A DNA stretch of 63,723 nucleotides, filler included. It is 5 parts of 5 records of this genome, joined end to end, with 100 filler letters (N's around TTAATTAATTAA, not from the genome) between each part and the next. Parts side by side here need not be neighbours in the genome. Positions count along the whole stretch, not along the records: positions 17,929 to 32,415 come from DRR378314_374; positions 32,516 to 43,002 come from DRR378314_376; 3 more parts are not named here. One strand, given 5' to 3'. This document shows positions 29,210 through 38,067 of this stretch, one piece after another. A program made the translations under genes and the position numbers. A model generated the notes under the pieces. It saw nothing but the letters and a program-made list of their open reading frames with translations, had not been told where the DNA came from and searched no databases. Numbering within the stretch: the first letter of the stretch is position 1; each line of letters starts with the position of its first letter.

Positions 29210-30417
29210 TGGACGCGTAGCAGGCACCAGCAGGCGGTGATCAGGCCCAGGTAGCCGGCCAGGCCGCGGGCATCGCGGAGCATGGACTGGGTGAGGCCGA
29301 AGCCGATAAAGGCGACCACCACCACCAGGCCGGCGACCGCCAGGACCCGGGTGGTGGCGTCAGGGCGGCCACGCAGGGCGCGGGCGAACAACAGCAGCGG
29401 CACGCCGTACAGCATCAGCAAGGAGCCCAGGCCCACCAGGCCCCGGCGGGCAGCGGTGTCGATCAGGTCGCTGTGAAGCTGGTCGTGGAGGCTGACCGCC
29501 GGGTGCAGATCCCAGGCCGCCACCCAGTCGTCACGCCTTTCCTGCAGCCGCCCTTCCCCCCAACCGAACAACGGCTTCTCGGAAAACAGCTGCACGCCGA
29601 CGCGCCACATCTCCACCCGCACGCCGAAGGAGTTGCCCCGCTCACCCTCGTCGTATTGATCCACGCTCTCCAGCGCCTGGCCGACCCGCTCGGTCACCGC
29701 CACCGTGGGCGACAACGACGCCAACAGCAGCAGGCCCAGCAGCGCCGTCACACCGATGCCCAGCACCGGGCGCGGCAGCGTGCGCCAGAAGCCCAGGCCC
29801 ACCACGACCACCAGCGCCGGGAACACCACCCAGCTGCCCCGGGTACCGGACAGCAGCGACGCCCCCAGACCGAACGCCAGCGCCAACAATAACCCGGCCC
29901 GCGCCCAGTCGGAACGCACCGCGAACACCCCGACCCAGGCCAGGGCGCCGAGCAATAAAGAGAGCATGCCGAAAGGAATGGGATTGATACCGTTGCCGGC
30001 GCGCACATCGCCCACCATCCAGACTTCCCAGCCCGCAATCAGCCCGGCCAACAACGCGCCGACGCCAACACCCCACCAGAGCGCCGCGACCGGCGGCCGC
30101 AGGCGCCGCCAGCCCAGCCACACAAAGGCCGCCAGCAAGGCCCAAAGCGGCAACCAAAGCCCGCCCCGCTCAATGGCCCGGGGCCAGACCCCGGTGCGTG
30201 CCACATCCGCCAGCCAGATCAAAGAGAACACCGCCAGGGCGACCAGAAACCAGATGTCCTCGCGGCTCAGCGGCGTCACCGGCCGGCGCCGCGTAGCGAA
30301 AGCCACCAACGCCAGGGCAGCGGCCGCCAGCGGCACCACGGCGTAAGCCAAAGGCCAGGCAACAAGCAAAGACAGGAAAGCGGCCAGAACAAGTCCGGCC
30401 AGGGAAGAAGAGATCAT
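29200..30417 (-). CDS. O-antigen ligase (Wzy_C/WaaL) family membrane protein
   Basis: Many TM helices; NPIPFG, LLSGTRGSW, SFGVRVEMW..G...KPLFGWG and LHSDLID..ARRGLVG. Confidence 0.9.
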   Translation of the reverse strand: MISSSLAGLVLAAFLSLLVAWPLAYAVVPLAAAALALVAFATRRRPVTPLSREDIWFLVALAVFSLIWLADVARTGVWPRAIERGGLWLPLWALLAAFVWLGWRRLRPPVAALWWGVGVGALLAGLIAGWEVWMVGDVRAGNGINPIPFGMLSLLLGALAWVGVFAVRSDWARAGLLLALAFGLGASLLSGTRGSWVVFPALVVVVGLGFWRTLPRPVLGIGVTALLGLLLLASLSPTVAVTERVGQALESVDQYDEGERGNSFGVRVEMWRVGVQLFSEKPLFGWGEGRLQERRDDWVAAWDLHPAVSLHDQLHSDLIDTAARRGLVGLGSLLMLYGVPLLLFARALRGRPDATTRVLAVAGLVVVVAFIGFGLTQSMLRDARGLAGYLGLITACWCLLRVHEK

Positions 30418-30454
30418 GGTGGTAGGAGACGCCTAAGCCGCAAAGGTTCCAGCC

Positions 30455-30595
30455 CTAAGAATCGCTCTGCGGCTCCCCATCATTGGTACTAACTTCTGTG
30501 GGTCTGGCGGCGTAACCTGCTTTCATTTCGCGCACGGCATGAAGCAGCTTTTCTCCCAGCTCTTCACCCGTAATATCATCTTTGGTCTTACCCAT
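30455..30595 (-). pseudogene. Truncated HigA/YiaG-like antitoxin N-terminus, preceded by a toxin C-terminal remnant
   Basis: GEELGEKLLHAVREMKAGYAARPTEV with the HTH lost. The overlapping upstream frame ends KAIREELEHG*, like a RelE/HigB tail. Confidence 0.5.
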
Positions 30596-30730
30596 GCTCC
30601 AACTCCTCGCGGATCGCTTTTGGCAATCACCTGACCGGCTTAGGGATGTGCGGCTATCCAAACACAAAACTAAGCGCTATTCGCCTCTACGTTGGCCTGA
30701 AGTGCTGCAGGTTTTGAAGTGGATCCTCGC

Positions 30731-31228
30731 TCACGCGGCTTCGTCGACGCCTCCAGTGCTCAATTTGCGACCCAGAAGACGCTCCAGAATAGCCACCTCT
30801 TCGTCACTAAACCTGTCGCGAACTTTCATGAGCAGATTAATAACCCGCTCTTTGCCATCCTCCGACAGCCAATCATCAAGGTTAAGGTGGGCCAGGTTCA
30901 GCCAGCCTTGGGGAAGGCGCAACATCACCATATCCGCCGCCGCACGGGCATGTGAGGCCACATACACCGGCCCTTGCACATCTTCACCCAAACGCGCGAT
31001 AGCTGCCGAAGCATCAATGATGCCGTCATTCCCGAAGTAGTCGAGCGCGTCAAATTCGGTGCTCTCGCCGGCCAGACACAACGAAATCCGGACACCGCGC
31101 TTCAGAGCGCGCAGCGTCTCCATGGTGTGCCAATCGCCGGAATCGGGCGAGGTAGGCAAGTTCAGTGCAACGATACCGCTGATATAACGGCGAGGTGTCG
31201 TTTCACTCCAAATCTTCAGCGAAGTCAT
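30731..31228 (-). CDS. Hypothetical protein (possibly type IV TA antitoxin-like)
   Basis: Intact 165-aa ORF with RYISGIVALNLP...GDWH and VASHARAAAD. The family assignment is from recall only. Confidence 0.6.
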   Translation of the reverse strand: MTSLKIWSETTPRRYISGIVALNLPTSPDSGDWHTMETLRALKRGVRISLCLAGESTEFDALDYFGNDGIIDASAAIARLGEDVQGPVYVASHARAAADMVMLRLPQGWLNLAHLNLDDWLSEDGKERVINLLMKVRDRFSDEEVAILERLLGRKLSTGGVDEAA

Positions 31229-31371
31229 GATGAAACCCGCAGGAACAGTGCATGGCTAATAATTGATCAAATAATAGCGTCCGCTCAAAAGGTCTGCAAC
31301 CAGGACTCAGCAGGCTGAATTATCTATAACGCGCTGATAATAAAGTACTTATTAATTTAAAAGGTCAGCCG

Positions 31372-31402
31372 TGGGTGCCGGGCGGCAGGCCGCTCTTTCG
31401 CG
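31372..31402 (+). repeat. 31-bp direct repeat, left copy (REP-derived)
   Basis: TGGGTGCCGGGCGGCAGGCCGCTCTTTCGCG; 30/31 identical to 32367-32397. Confidence 0.85.
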
Positions 31403-31403
31403 C

Positions 31404-32195
31404 TCAAGCACGCCCCTTGGATGGTTTGGCACAGACGGAGCGTAAGCCATCAATGTGTTCGAAAAGATCTGGACGGATTGTCGCCCACATAGCATCCAGG
31501 ACGAAGTCGATACCTTCCCTACGAGCAAGTTTTGCCGCGGGCACAAAATCGGCATCGCCGGACACCAAAACAATCTGGTTGACCTGCTGCTTATATGCCA
31601 AAGAAGCAATATCGAGCCCCAGGCGCATGTCGACGCCCTTCTGCCGCAGATCAAGATTAAAGTCTTCGTCGTTAATATCGCTCCACTTTTTTCGCCCCGA
31701 TGTGAGTTCCTTTAGAACACGGGGTCTCACCTGCCAATTGACATGATTCGTCGGTATTTCCCCCATTCGGAGCGCCACTTTGCGGTGACCGCGTAGCTTT
31801 TCGTGGAATTCGTTTCTCCATTTCGCTATCTCAGTCTTGGAGAAGTCGACAGAATCCTTCTTGAGCGGAGTGTGCCCTTTCCAACTCGCTGGCGGAGCGT
31901 CATAGACGAAGATTCTATACAGCCTCGAAGTTCTTCTTCCGCTGGAATCGTTCAGGTGATCAAGAGCGAGATGGAGCACTTTTTCTGCGGCCAGCTCGGG
32001 GGAGAGCGAACCGAAGATGGCACGGGCACGCTTCAAGAAGAAGCCAGCATCCACCATAACCGCAGTAACGGTAGGAGTGACATGCCTGAGAAGATCGGAT
32101 TTTCTGCCGCCCTGAAAAGAGTTGCCCCCGGGTTCGGCATTCTCTGGATCATTGAGAGAAGACTTACTGCCGGGGGCGGATGATGCTTTAACCAT
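31404..32195 (-). CDS. NYN (PIN-like, LabA/DUF88-type) ribonuclease domain protein; start codon uncertain
   Basis: VMVDAGFFLKR, LYRIFVYDAPP, LRQKGVDMRLGLDIASL and LVSGDADFVPAAKLARREG. Confidence 0.88.
   Translation of the reverse strand: MVKASSAPGSKSSLNDPENAEPGGNSFQGGRKSDLLRHVTPTVTAVMVDAGFFLKRARAIFGSLSPELAAEKVLHLALDHLNDSSGRRTSRLYRIFVYDAPPASWKGHTPLKKDSVDFSKTEIAKWRNEFHEKLRGHRKVALRMGEIPTNHVNWQVRPRVLKELTSGRKKWSDINDEDFNLDLRQKGVDMRLGLDIASLAYKQQVNQIVLVSGDADFVPAAKLARREGIDFVLDAMWATIRPDLFEHIDGLRSVCAKPSKGRA
32124..32177 (-). ncRNA. Putative structured leader or antitoxin RNA upstream of the NYN domain
   Basis: Outer stem GCCCCCGG/CCGGGGGC, internal loop, inner stem TTCTCT/AGAGAA; it lies just downstream of a predicted promoter. 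Confidence 0.5.
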
Positions 32196-32219
32196 AGTCA
32201 AAACCTTTTTCTTATTCAA
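32191..32219 (-). promoter_or_regulatory. Sigma70-like promoter for the hairpin-NYN transcript
   Basis: Minus strand TTGAAT-17 nt-TATGGT. Confidence 0.55.
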
Positions 32220-32366
32220 TATTCTCCGGGAACATTTTTGTAACGCCTGGCTTGGCGGTGGAATGGCCAGCATGGCAGGTCTTGCCCGACTAAACTGTCG
32301 GCCAGAACGTCAATCGTTGTCAGCGAACAGCTATTTTTCTGAGGGAGGGCTTTCACGCTGAGGTGC

Positions 32367-32415
32367 TGGGTGCCGGGCGGCAGGCCGCCCTTTCGCGGGC
32401 TGGGCCCGCTCCCAC
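32367..32415 (+). repeat. 31-bp direct repeat, right copy, running into REP copy 2
   Basis: TGGGTGCCGGGCGGCAGGCCGCCCTTTCGCG followed by GGCTGGGCCCGCTCCCAC at the contig end. Confidence 0.85.
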
Positions 32416-32515
32416 NNNNNNNNNNNNNNNNNNNNNNNNNNNNNNNNNNNNNNNNNNNNTTAATTAATTAANNNNNNNNNNNNNNNNNNNNNNNNNNNNN
32501 NNNNNNNNNNNNNNN
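32416..32515. other. Artificial contig spacer
   Basis: N-run, TTAATTAATTAA, N-run. Confidence 0.99.
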
Positions 32516-33322
32516 AACCGTGGTGTCTATGCGTGATTGAATGTTCACCTGCTCAGCGACGCTAGCGAAAGCGGATCGAAAAGCCGTGTTGGCATCGTCT
32601 TGCTTCATTTTCTCTGCGATATCTGGAATCAGCGCCGGTATAGAGCAGTATACATGCATTCTGAAGTCATTTTAATTTCATACTTCCGACGTATGTATAC
32701 GAGAGGCAAAAAAAGAAAACGGTGGGCAGCACTACAGGAGACACACAGAACATACTACATGCGCTATTCACCTACACGGCTCCGCCGCGACAGGCTGCAC
32801 ACGCGCTCAGCTTAACGACATGCCGCAGCGCACGGCACAGTGCCCCACCGTCGAGAAGGACGGATGCGAGCGTTTCCTCGCTTAGCTTCTTTGAATCACC
32901 ACAAATACTAATTTCGCACAATGTATCCCGAATATATCACTGTTGAAATGGAAGACGCGGGAGCGTAGTTTTACACACCTGGCTTGGGCTCCGAAGCCTT
33001 CTTAGCTGCCCGAGCAGCGGCAGCAGCCGGGCGAGCAACGCGGGAAGAGCGCCCACCCATTCTTCAAAACGCGCACGAGAGTGCGGCCGGTACTCACAAC
33101 TCACGTTACGCGCCTAAAACGTATCAAACCAAACCCACACAAATGGCGCGCGTGCGTGCAAAAATATCCCCGCAGCAGTCAACGAATCGGACCCGCGCCT
33201 CTTACACGATACAACGTGTTCGGACAGCGCGTGCGCAGCGACAAGGATCCCGTGCATAAACATCGTATGGTGGCTATGCAAAAGTGGGTACTGTATTTAT
33301 TTCATTCTAGCGTTACATGAGT

Positions 33323-36300
33323 CTATCCCTCACCCGAGACTAAGGACCTAACCCAACTCAAGCACGGCACGGCGTGGCAAGCTTGGCGCCACGCGGCAGA
33401 GGCCGCACGGCTGCCGGCGTGTGCACATTCCCCGGCGGCACCAAGTGGGGCGGAGGATCTACATGCATAGCACCGCCAACGCACGCAAGACATTGCGTAA
33501 GCAACCTGGTCCACAAGAAACGCCGCCGGCGAGTCGGTCCCGCTGCACAGCGCGCATCGTTCTCCCAAGCAGAATCTGGAAGAAGAAGAAGAAAAGGGCA
33601 TGGCAATGCTGAACAGCAAATGGTTTGAGACCGTATCCTTTCCTGCATACTGTTCGCACCTTGCGTTGGAGATAATGGCATCATCGGCTGCACTGCATTG
33701 CGCACCGGAGGTACCTCCATTGCGGGAGGGCACGGCGTCCGCATCCTGGGTGGCAGCGGCGTTGGCGACCGCGGCTCATCTCTCCCAGACGCTGCAGCGC
33801 GCAAGCGCAGCGCAGCACTGCACCGGGTACACAAGCGTCCGCAGCGCGCGTGAGGATATCATCGCATTAATTGCGAATGCAGATGCAGCAGAACAGAAAT
33901 ACACGTGCAACTGATTTCCGATACACAGAGTGCCGCCGTGTACCCCGCTTTCACCAATCCGGCAAGCCCGCAGCCTCGACCTGCAGAGGCTCAGGGAGCC
34001 ATAGAACGCACCTGCTGCCCAACCGGCGGCGGACCTCGCGAACAAACACACCACCCCCGGCCGAAAGAGAGCGTCTCCGGTCGATAACAACACGGCCTGT
34101 AGAGCAATAAGTAGAAATAAAATCATAATACACGTCAGTTCTGCCAAACAAGCATGGAATACGATCTTTTCCGCCTCCGCCTCCAGGGACGAAAACCAAA
34201 ACAAATCCTCCCGCAGTGGCACAGCGCACGAGCTCTCTCAGCGACTTTGCGTCCACTCTGGTACGCAGATGGTACCGGATTCTCCATGCAGCTGCGGATT
34301 TCGAGCAAGACAACAAATCACACCACTCGCGCATAACACGCCAACTATGGTCGAATGCAAAATTTTTCTCAGCATGGGGCATATTATTGCGGCGTACGAG
34401 CTACACATACCTCCGCGTCCGATTCGACCATGACCGTGAAAAATGAAGCCGCTGTAGCGCGAATCCTGCGTAAAGAGTCCTTGGAATGCATCCGACGCAT
34501 CATCTACCCGAGGCAGCCTGGACAAAAGACAATACCGGAACCGTACGACAACTTGTCAGAGAACATAGCGATGTATTCCAGCACAGCGTTAGGAACCCAA
34601 GAGCAAAAAAAAAAAAAAAAAAGGATCCATGTGGAACAGACGGTGTTCTGGTGCAGCGGAAACGAACGGGTCGAGCGCATCGCGTTCCCAATTCGCAACA
34701 ACGTACTCAACAGACCGGATACGGCCGAGTGGCTCCGCCGAGCGCTGCGCATCTCCCTCCTCTTCGTCACGCCCTGTACTTCGTGGAGGTGCTACGCGAG
34801 CTCTGAACTCGCAGTTGCTACTCGAGAGATGGAATGGCTTCACCTTGGCACCCGCAATGCCAGCACGGAGCGGATGATACGGCGCAGGCACCACGCGCTG
34901 CGGAGGAACAGGCACGCACTGCTGTTCCACACTGCCCGACGGTGACATCCGCACCTGAGCACAACGTCCACCACAGCCCCCGGATACAAAAAAAAGAATA
35001 GATGGAAAATGGGGGGGCGCCCTTGTCAGGCAACACACGATCACAAAGCTCCAACGCTATACACTGATTAGCGATAGTATCTATGCTGAACAACTCGCAC
35101 TGCAATTGAGTCCACCTCCTTTTGCACCGCAGCCGCACAACGCGGTCGCTTGAAGCGCACCCTGAGCATATGCGGAGCGTCGCTTCGCGGCGGCGCGATC
35201 ACACTTGTCGAGGCAGTCTCGTTGGCGACGATGTTCAGGTGCACGTTGAGCAGCTCTCGCTTCAGCACGTCGCGACGCCGCACAATCTCCACCAAATCCC
35301 GCGCCCTGTACAGAACCATTGAGACCGAACGATGCGATCCCCTCAGAAAAAAGTTGCTACGCCCCCCCCCCTACACCCGCAAGTGGCAGCGATACCGAGG
35401 CCGGCGCCCTATGGCAAAGCCGGGTGGATTCCCTTCGCCTCGCCACTCCCACGCAGTGCCTCGCGGCCGGAACGGGCAGCAGTGGACGTGTCGTTGAAGA
35501 TCGTTTCTCCAACATACAAGATCAACCCAGATAGAGACATAATGATTTCCAGTTGTCGCTTACGACATTCGCATTGCAGGGCAACAGAACATACAGCGCG
35601 CAAAAGCGAAGCTCGCTACAGTGCACCATAGGCGTATCGAGAAGCAATGGGCACGCGAAACACTCGCATCGCGCCGCTACGCAACAGCACACTATACTCG
35701 CTCGGCGCGGCCGCATACCTATCCAGCGAAATCCGGATTTCGCGCAGTTTATCGATTGCAGCCTGCGTCCGTTTTCGAGCGCTAGCATCGTCCTGCACCG
35801 CAAGCATTCGAAGCGCGCAGGGAGTGGATTCGTGGTCATGCGGGAGCAGCAGGGGTTGCGGCGCGCGGGCCCGGCAGCGCAAACGGAAAAGCGATGCACA
35901 AAGAGGAGCGCGGCCCACACACACACCACATACAAAGTGATACCAAACCATTCGCTGGTAACGGATGCTAATTTTACAGAAGCGTCCCCGCTGCCCACAA
36001 AAAAAATAGCATATCGCACCTCGGCTCGTAGGCGAAAGATGACTCGCGGATCTTGATTCTGCGGATCAGGGGGTACCCGGTACTGCCGGTACAGCGGTTC
36101 ATCGCATCGTTCGCGTTTCTCCATCCAATACGTCGCGACCTTTTTTGTCGCAACGCGAGCCGGCCCATATACAGATCATGACACAAATACAGAGCGATAG
36201 TTTATGAAATCAGCACGTCACTACTATGAATGGATGAAAGGATGTGGTGCGAGCCGCATCGCGTCCCTATCGGTAGAACTTTGCATCATCGCAGCGGGTC

Positions 36301-38067
36301 CTGCGCGCGCACGAACCTTTCCCACAACAAAGGATCGCCCCATCGCCGAGATCGCCTCCACGGCGTTTTCTTCCGTAAACTCTTCACCTGCCTTGGACGT
36401 TCCGCATGCATGCTCGAGTTTGTCCATCATTTGCTCGAATTCATCGTCCGTGATTTCCTACGCAATCCCAACGCATCGGAGTGATGAGTGCACGCAAGGT
36501 GCGACAAACAGCATGCGGAGATTCCCGACGCGCTGGCCAACGACCACAGACACCAAAGGGACTTTCTGCAGACGATCCGAAGCAGCCGCTTCAGAACCAA
36601 CGAACAGCTCAGAGTTCCGGAACGCGCAACACGTGATGCGCCGGCGACTTTTTTGTCAGCATACCCTTCCGTCGGAGCGAAGTGAAGACAGGAACTCGAG
36701 GTCTTCATCGTCAATGTCATACTGGACAGCACCCTGTGCAAGAAACAAACAAACAAACGTTGTCCGCCGCACACATAGATTGCAGCAGTGCGCCACACGC
36801 CGATGATTCCACAGGAAGAGAACGGATACAAAGGGATCTGGACATATGGCAGCCAGAAGATGCTGGGAAATAGCTTGTCTGTGAACTTGCATCCCCGCGG
36901 CAAAATCGAAGGACACACGCAAGAGTATATTCGGAACGATGGGCTTCCGCGGGAGCGCGCCGCAGCGCGCAGGCACCACTTCGCCACGGCAGCCCGCGCT
37001 ACCCACGCGAAAGCTCCTGGCGCAGCAAGGCATGCGCGACAACGAACCTCAACCATCGGATACGGAGTATCAGGAATAAAAGCAGGTTTCGACGTTGACA
37101 GTGCCGTTCCATTTCCGTCTGCACATACATGGCCGGGGTCAGATGACAGCGCGAACGTCAGGAGCGCAGAGGGCAGAAGTGCGAGCGAAGCGTGCTGGCA
37201 GCTCGCGCGCATTTTCGTGTCGGCGCGCAAAGCACCCGTACCAGGGCGGCGAATGCGACGCGCCGTGACGTATTGTCGAGGTAGCTCAAACGTAGATGGA
37301 TACAAGCTTGTGTATGTTTCCGAGTTCTGGATGGTCGGAATGACGATGTCTTTGACGGAAAACGCCTCGTTTTCCCGACCGATCCCCGTCTCCGCCTGCG
37401 GCGGCGACGACGAGCCAAAGCAGCAGCGCAGGAAAACACGGTGACGGCGAGCGTAAGCGGGCGAGCCAACACGGGGCGCGTCTGCGTTCACGACAAAATG
37501 CTCGGAATACAACGCCCCGTGATCTTTGTGAATCAACGGCTGGTAGGAGAATCATTCGAGCACACGAGCGCGTGGTGCGGACGCGGAAGCCAGCAGCTAC
37601 TGCACCCGGCCCCCCACCCGCTCGGTGAGGTAAGGCGCGCAGCCGTTCCGCGCCGCGTGCCCTTTCGCCGCCGCAAGTGCGGCACGCAATCAGACACCGT
37701 GTACAAAGTAGAGTGCGCACATCGATATTTTACAATGAACAATAACTTGCGAAATGTGCCTTACCAGCGAGAGATACACAGCAGAGGTGGATGGACGCTG
37801 CCAAGTTCGGCATAGGGAAACGCACAAGGAACGGTGCAGCAGCACCACGCTGCAAAACAGAAGCGCGAGCACACAAGTCAGGCGCGTACCGCGCAACCGC
37901 GTGCGCGCGACACATCCAGACAAAACGCGTACCTGAGGGTCTATGTACCCCCGAAGAGCATGGCGAGGAGGAACTTCATATATCTCCTCTTCATATCCTT
38001 GCTTTACGGGCAACTCTCTGTCGATCTCGACCTGCCGCGTGCGCGACAGTGTCCGCGTGCTCCCCAT
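33323..38067 (-). CDS. Multi-exon eukaryotic Enhancer-of-polycomb (EPC/Epl1, NuA4 subunit)-like gene; 3' end approximate
   Basis: Ordered exon peptides RTRQVEIDRELPV (exon 38067-37933), IVIPT..YTSLYPSTFELPRQYV, YDIDDEDLEFL, FEQMMDKLE, KRERCDEPL..PP..DPRVIFR, KLREIRISLD|RARDLVEIVRRRDVLKRE, and RIGRG|GRVVIDR across GT-AG intron 34410-34097. AATAAA at 33301-33296. Confidence 0.8.

Noticed and set aside
31338-31354. AT-rich inverted repeat TAATAA-agtac-TTATTA as a dif/Xer site
   Set aside because: Arms and spacer do not fit the 11-6-11 XerC/XerD consensus. It may be an operator, but that is unsupported.
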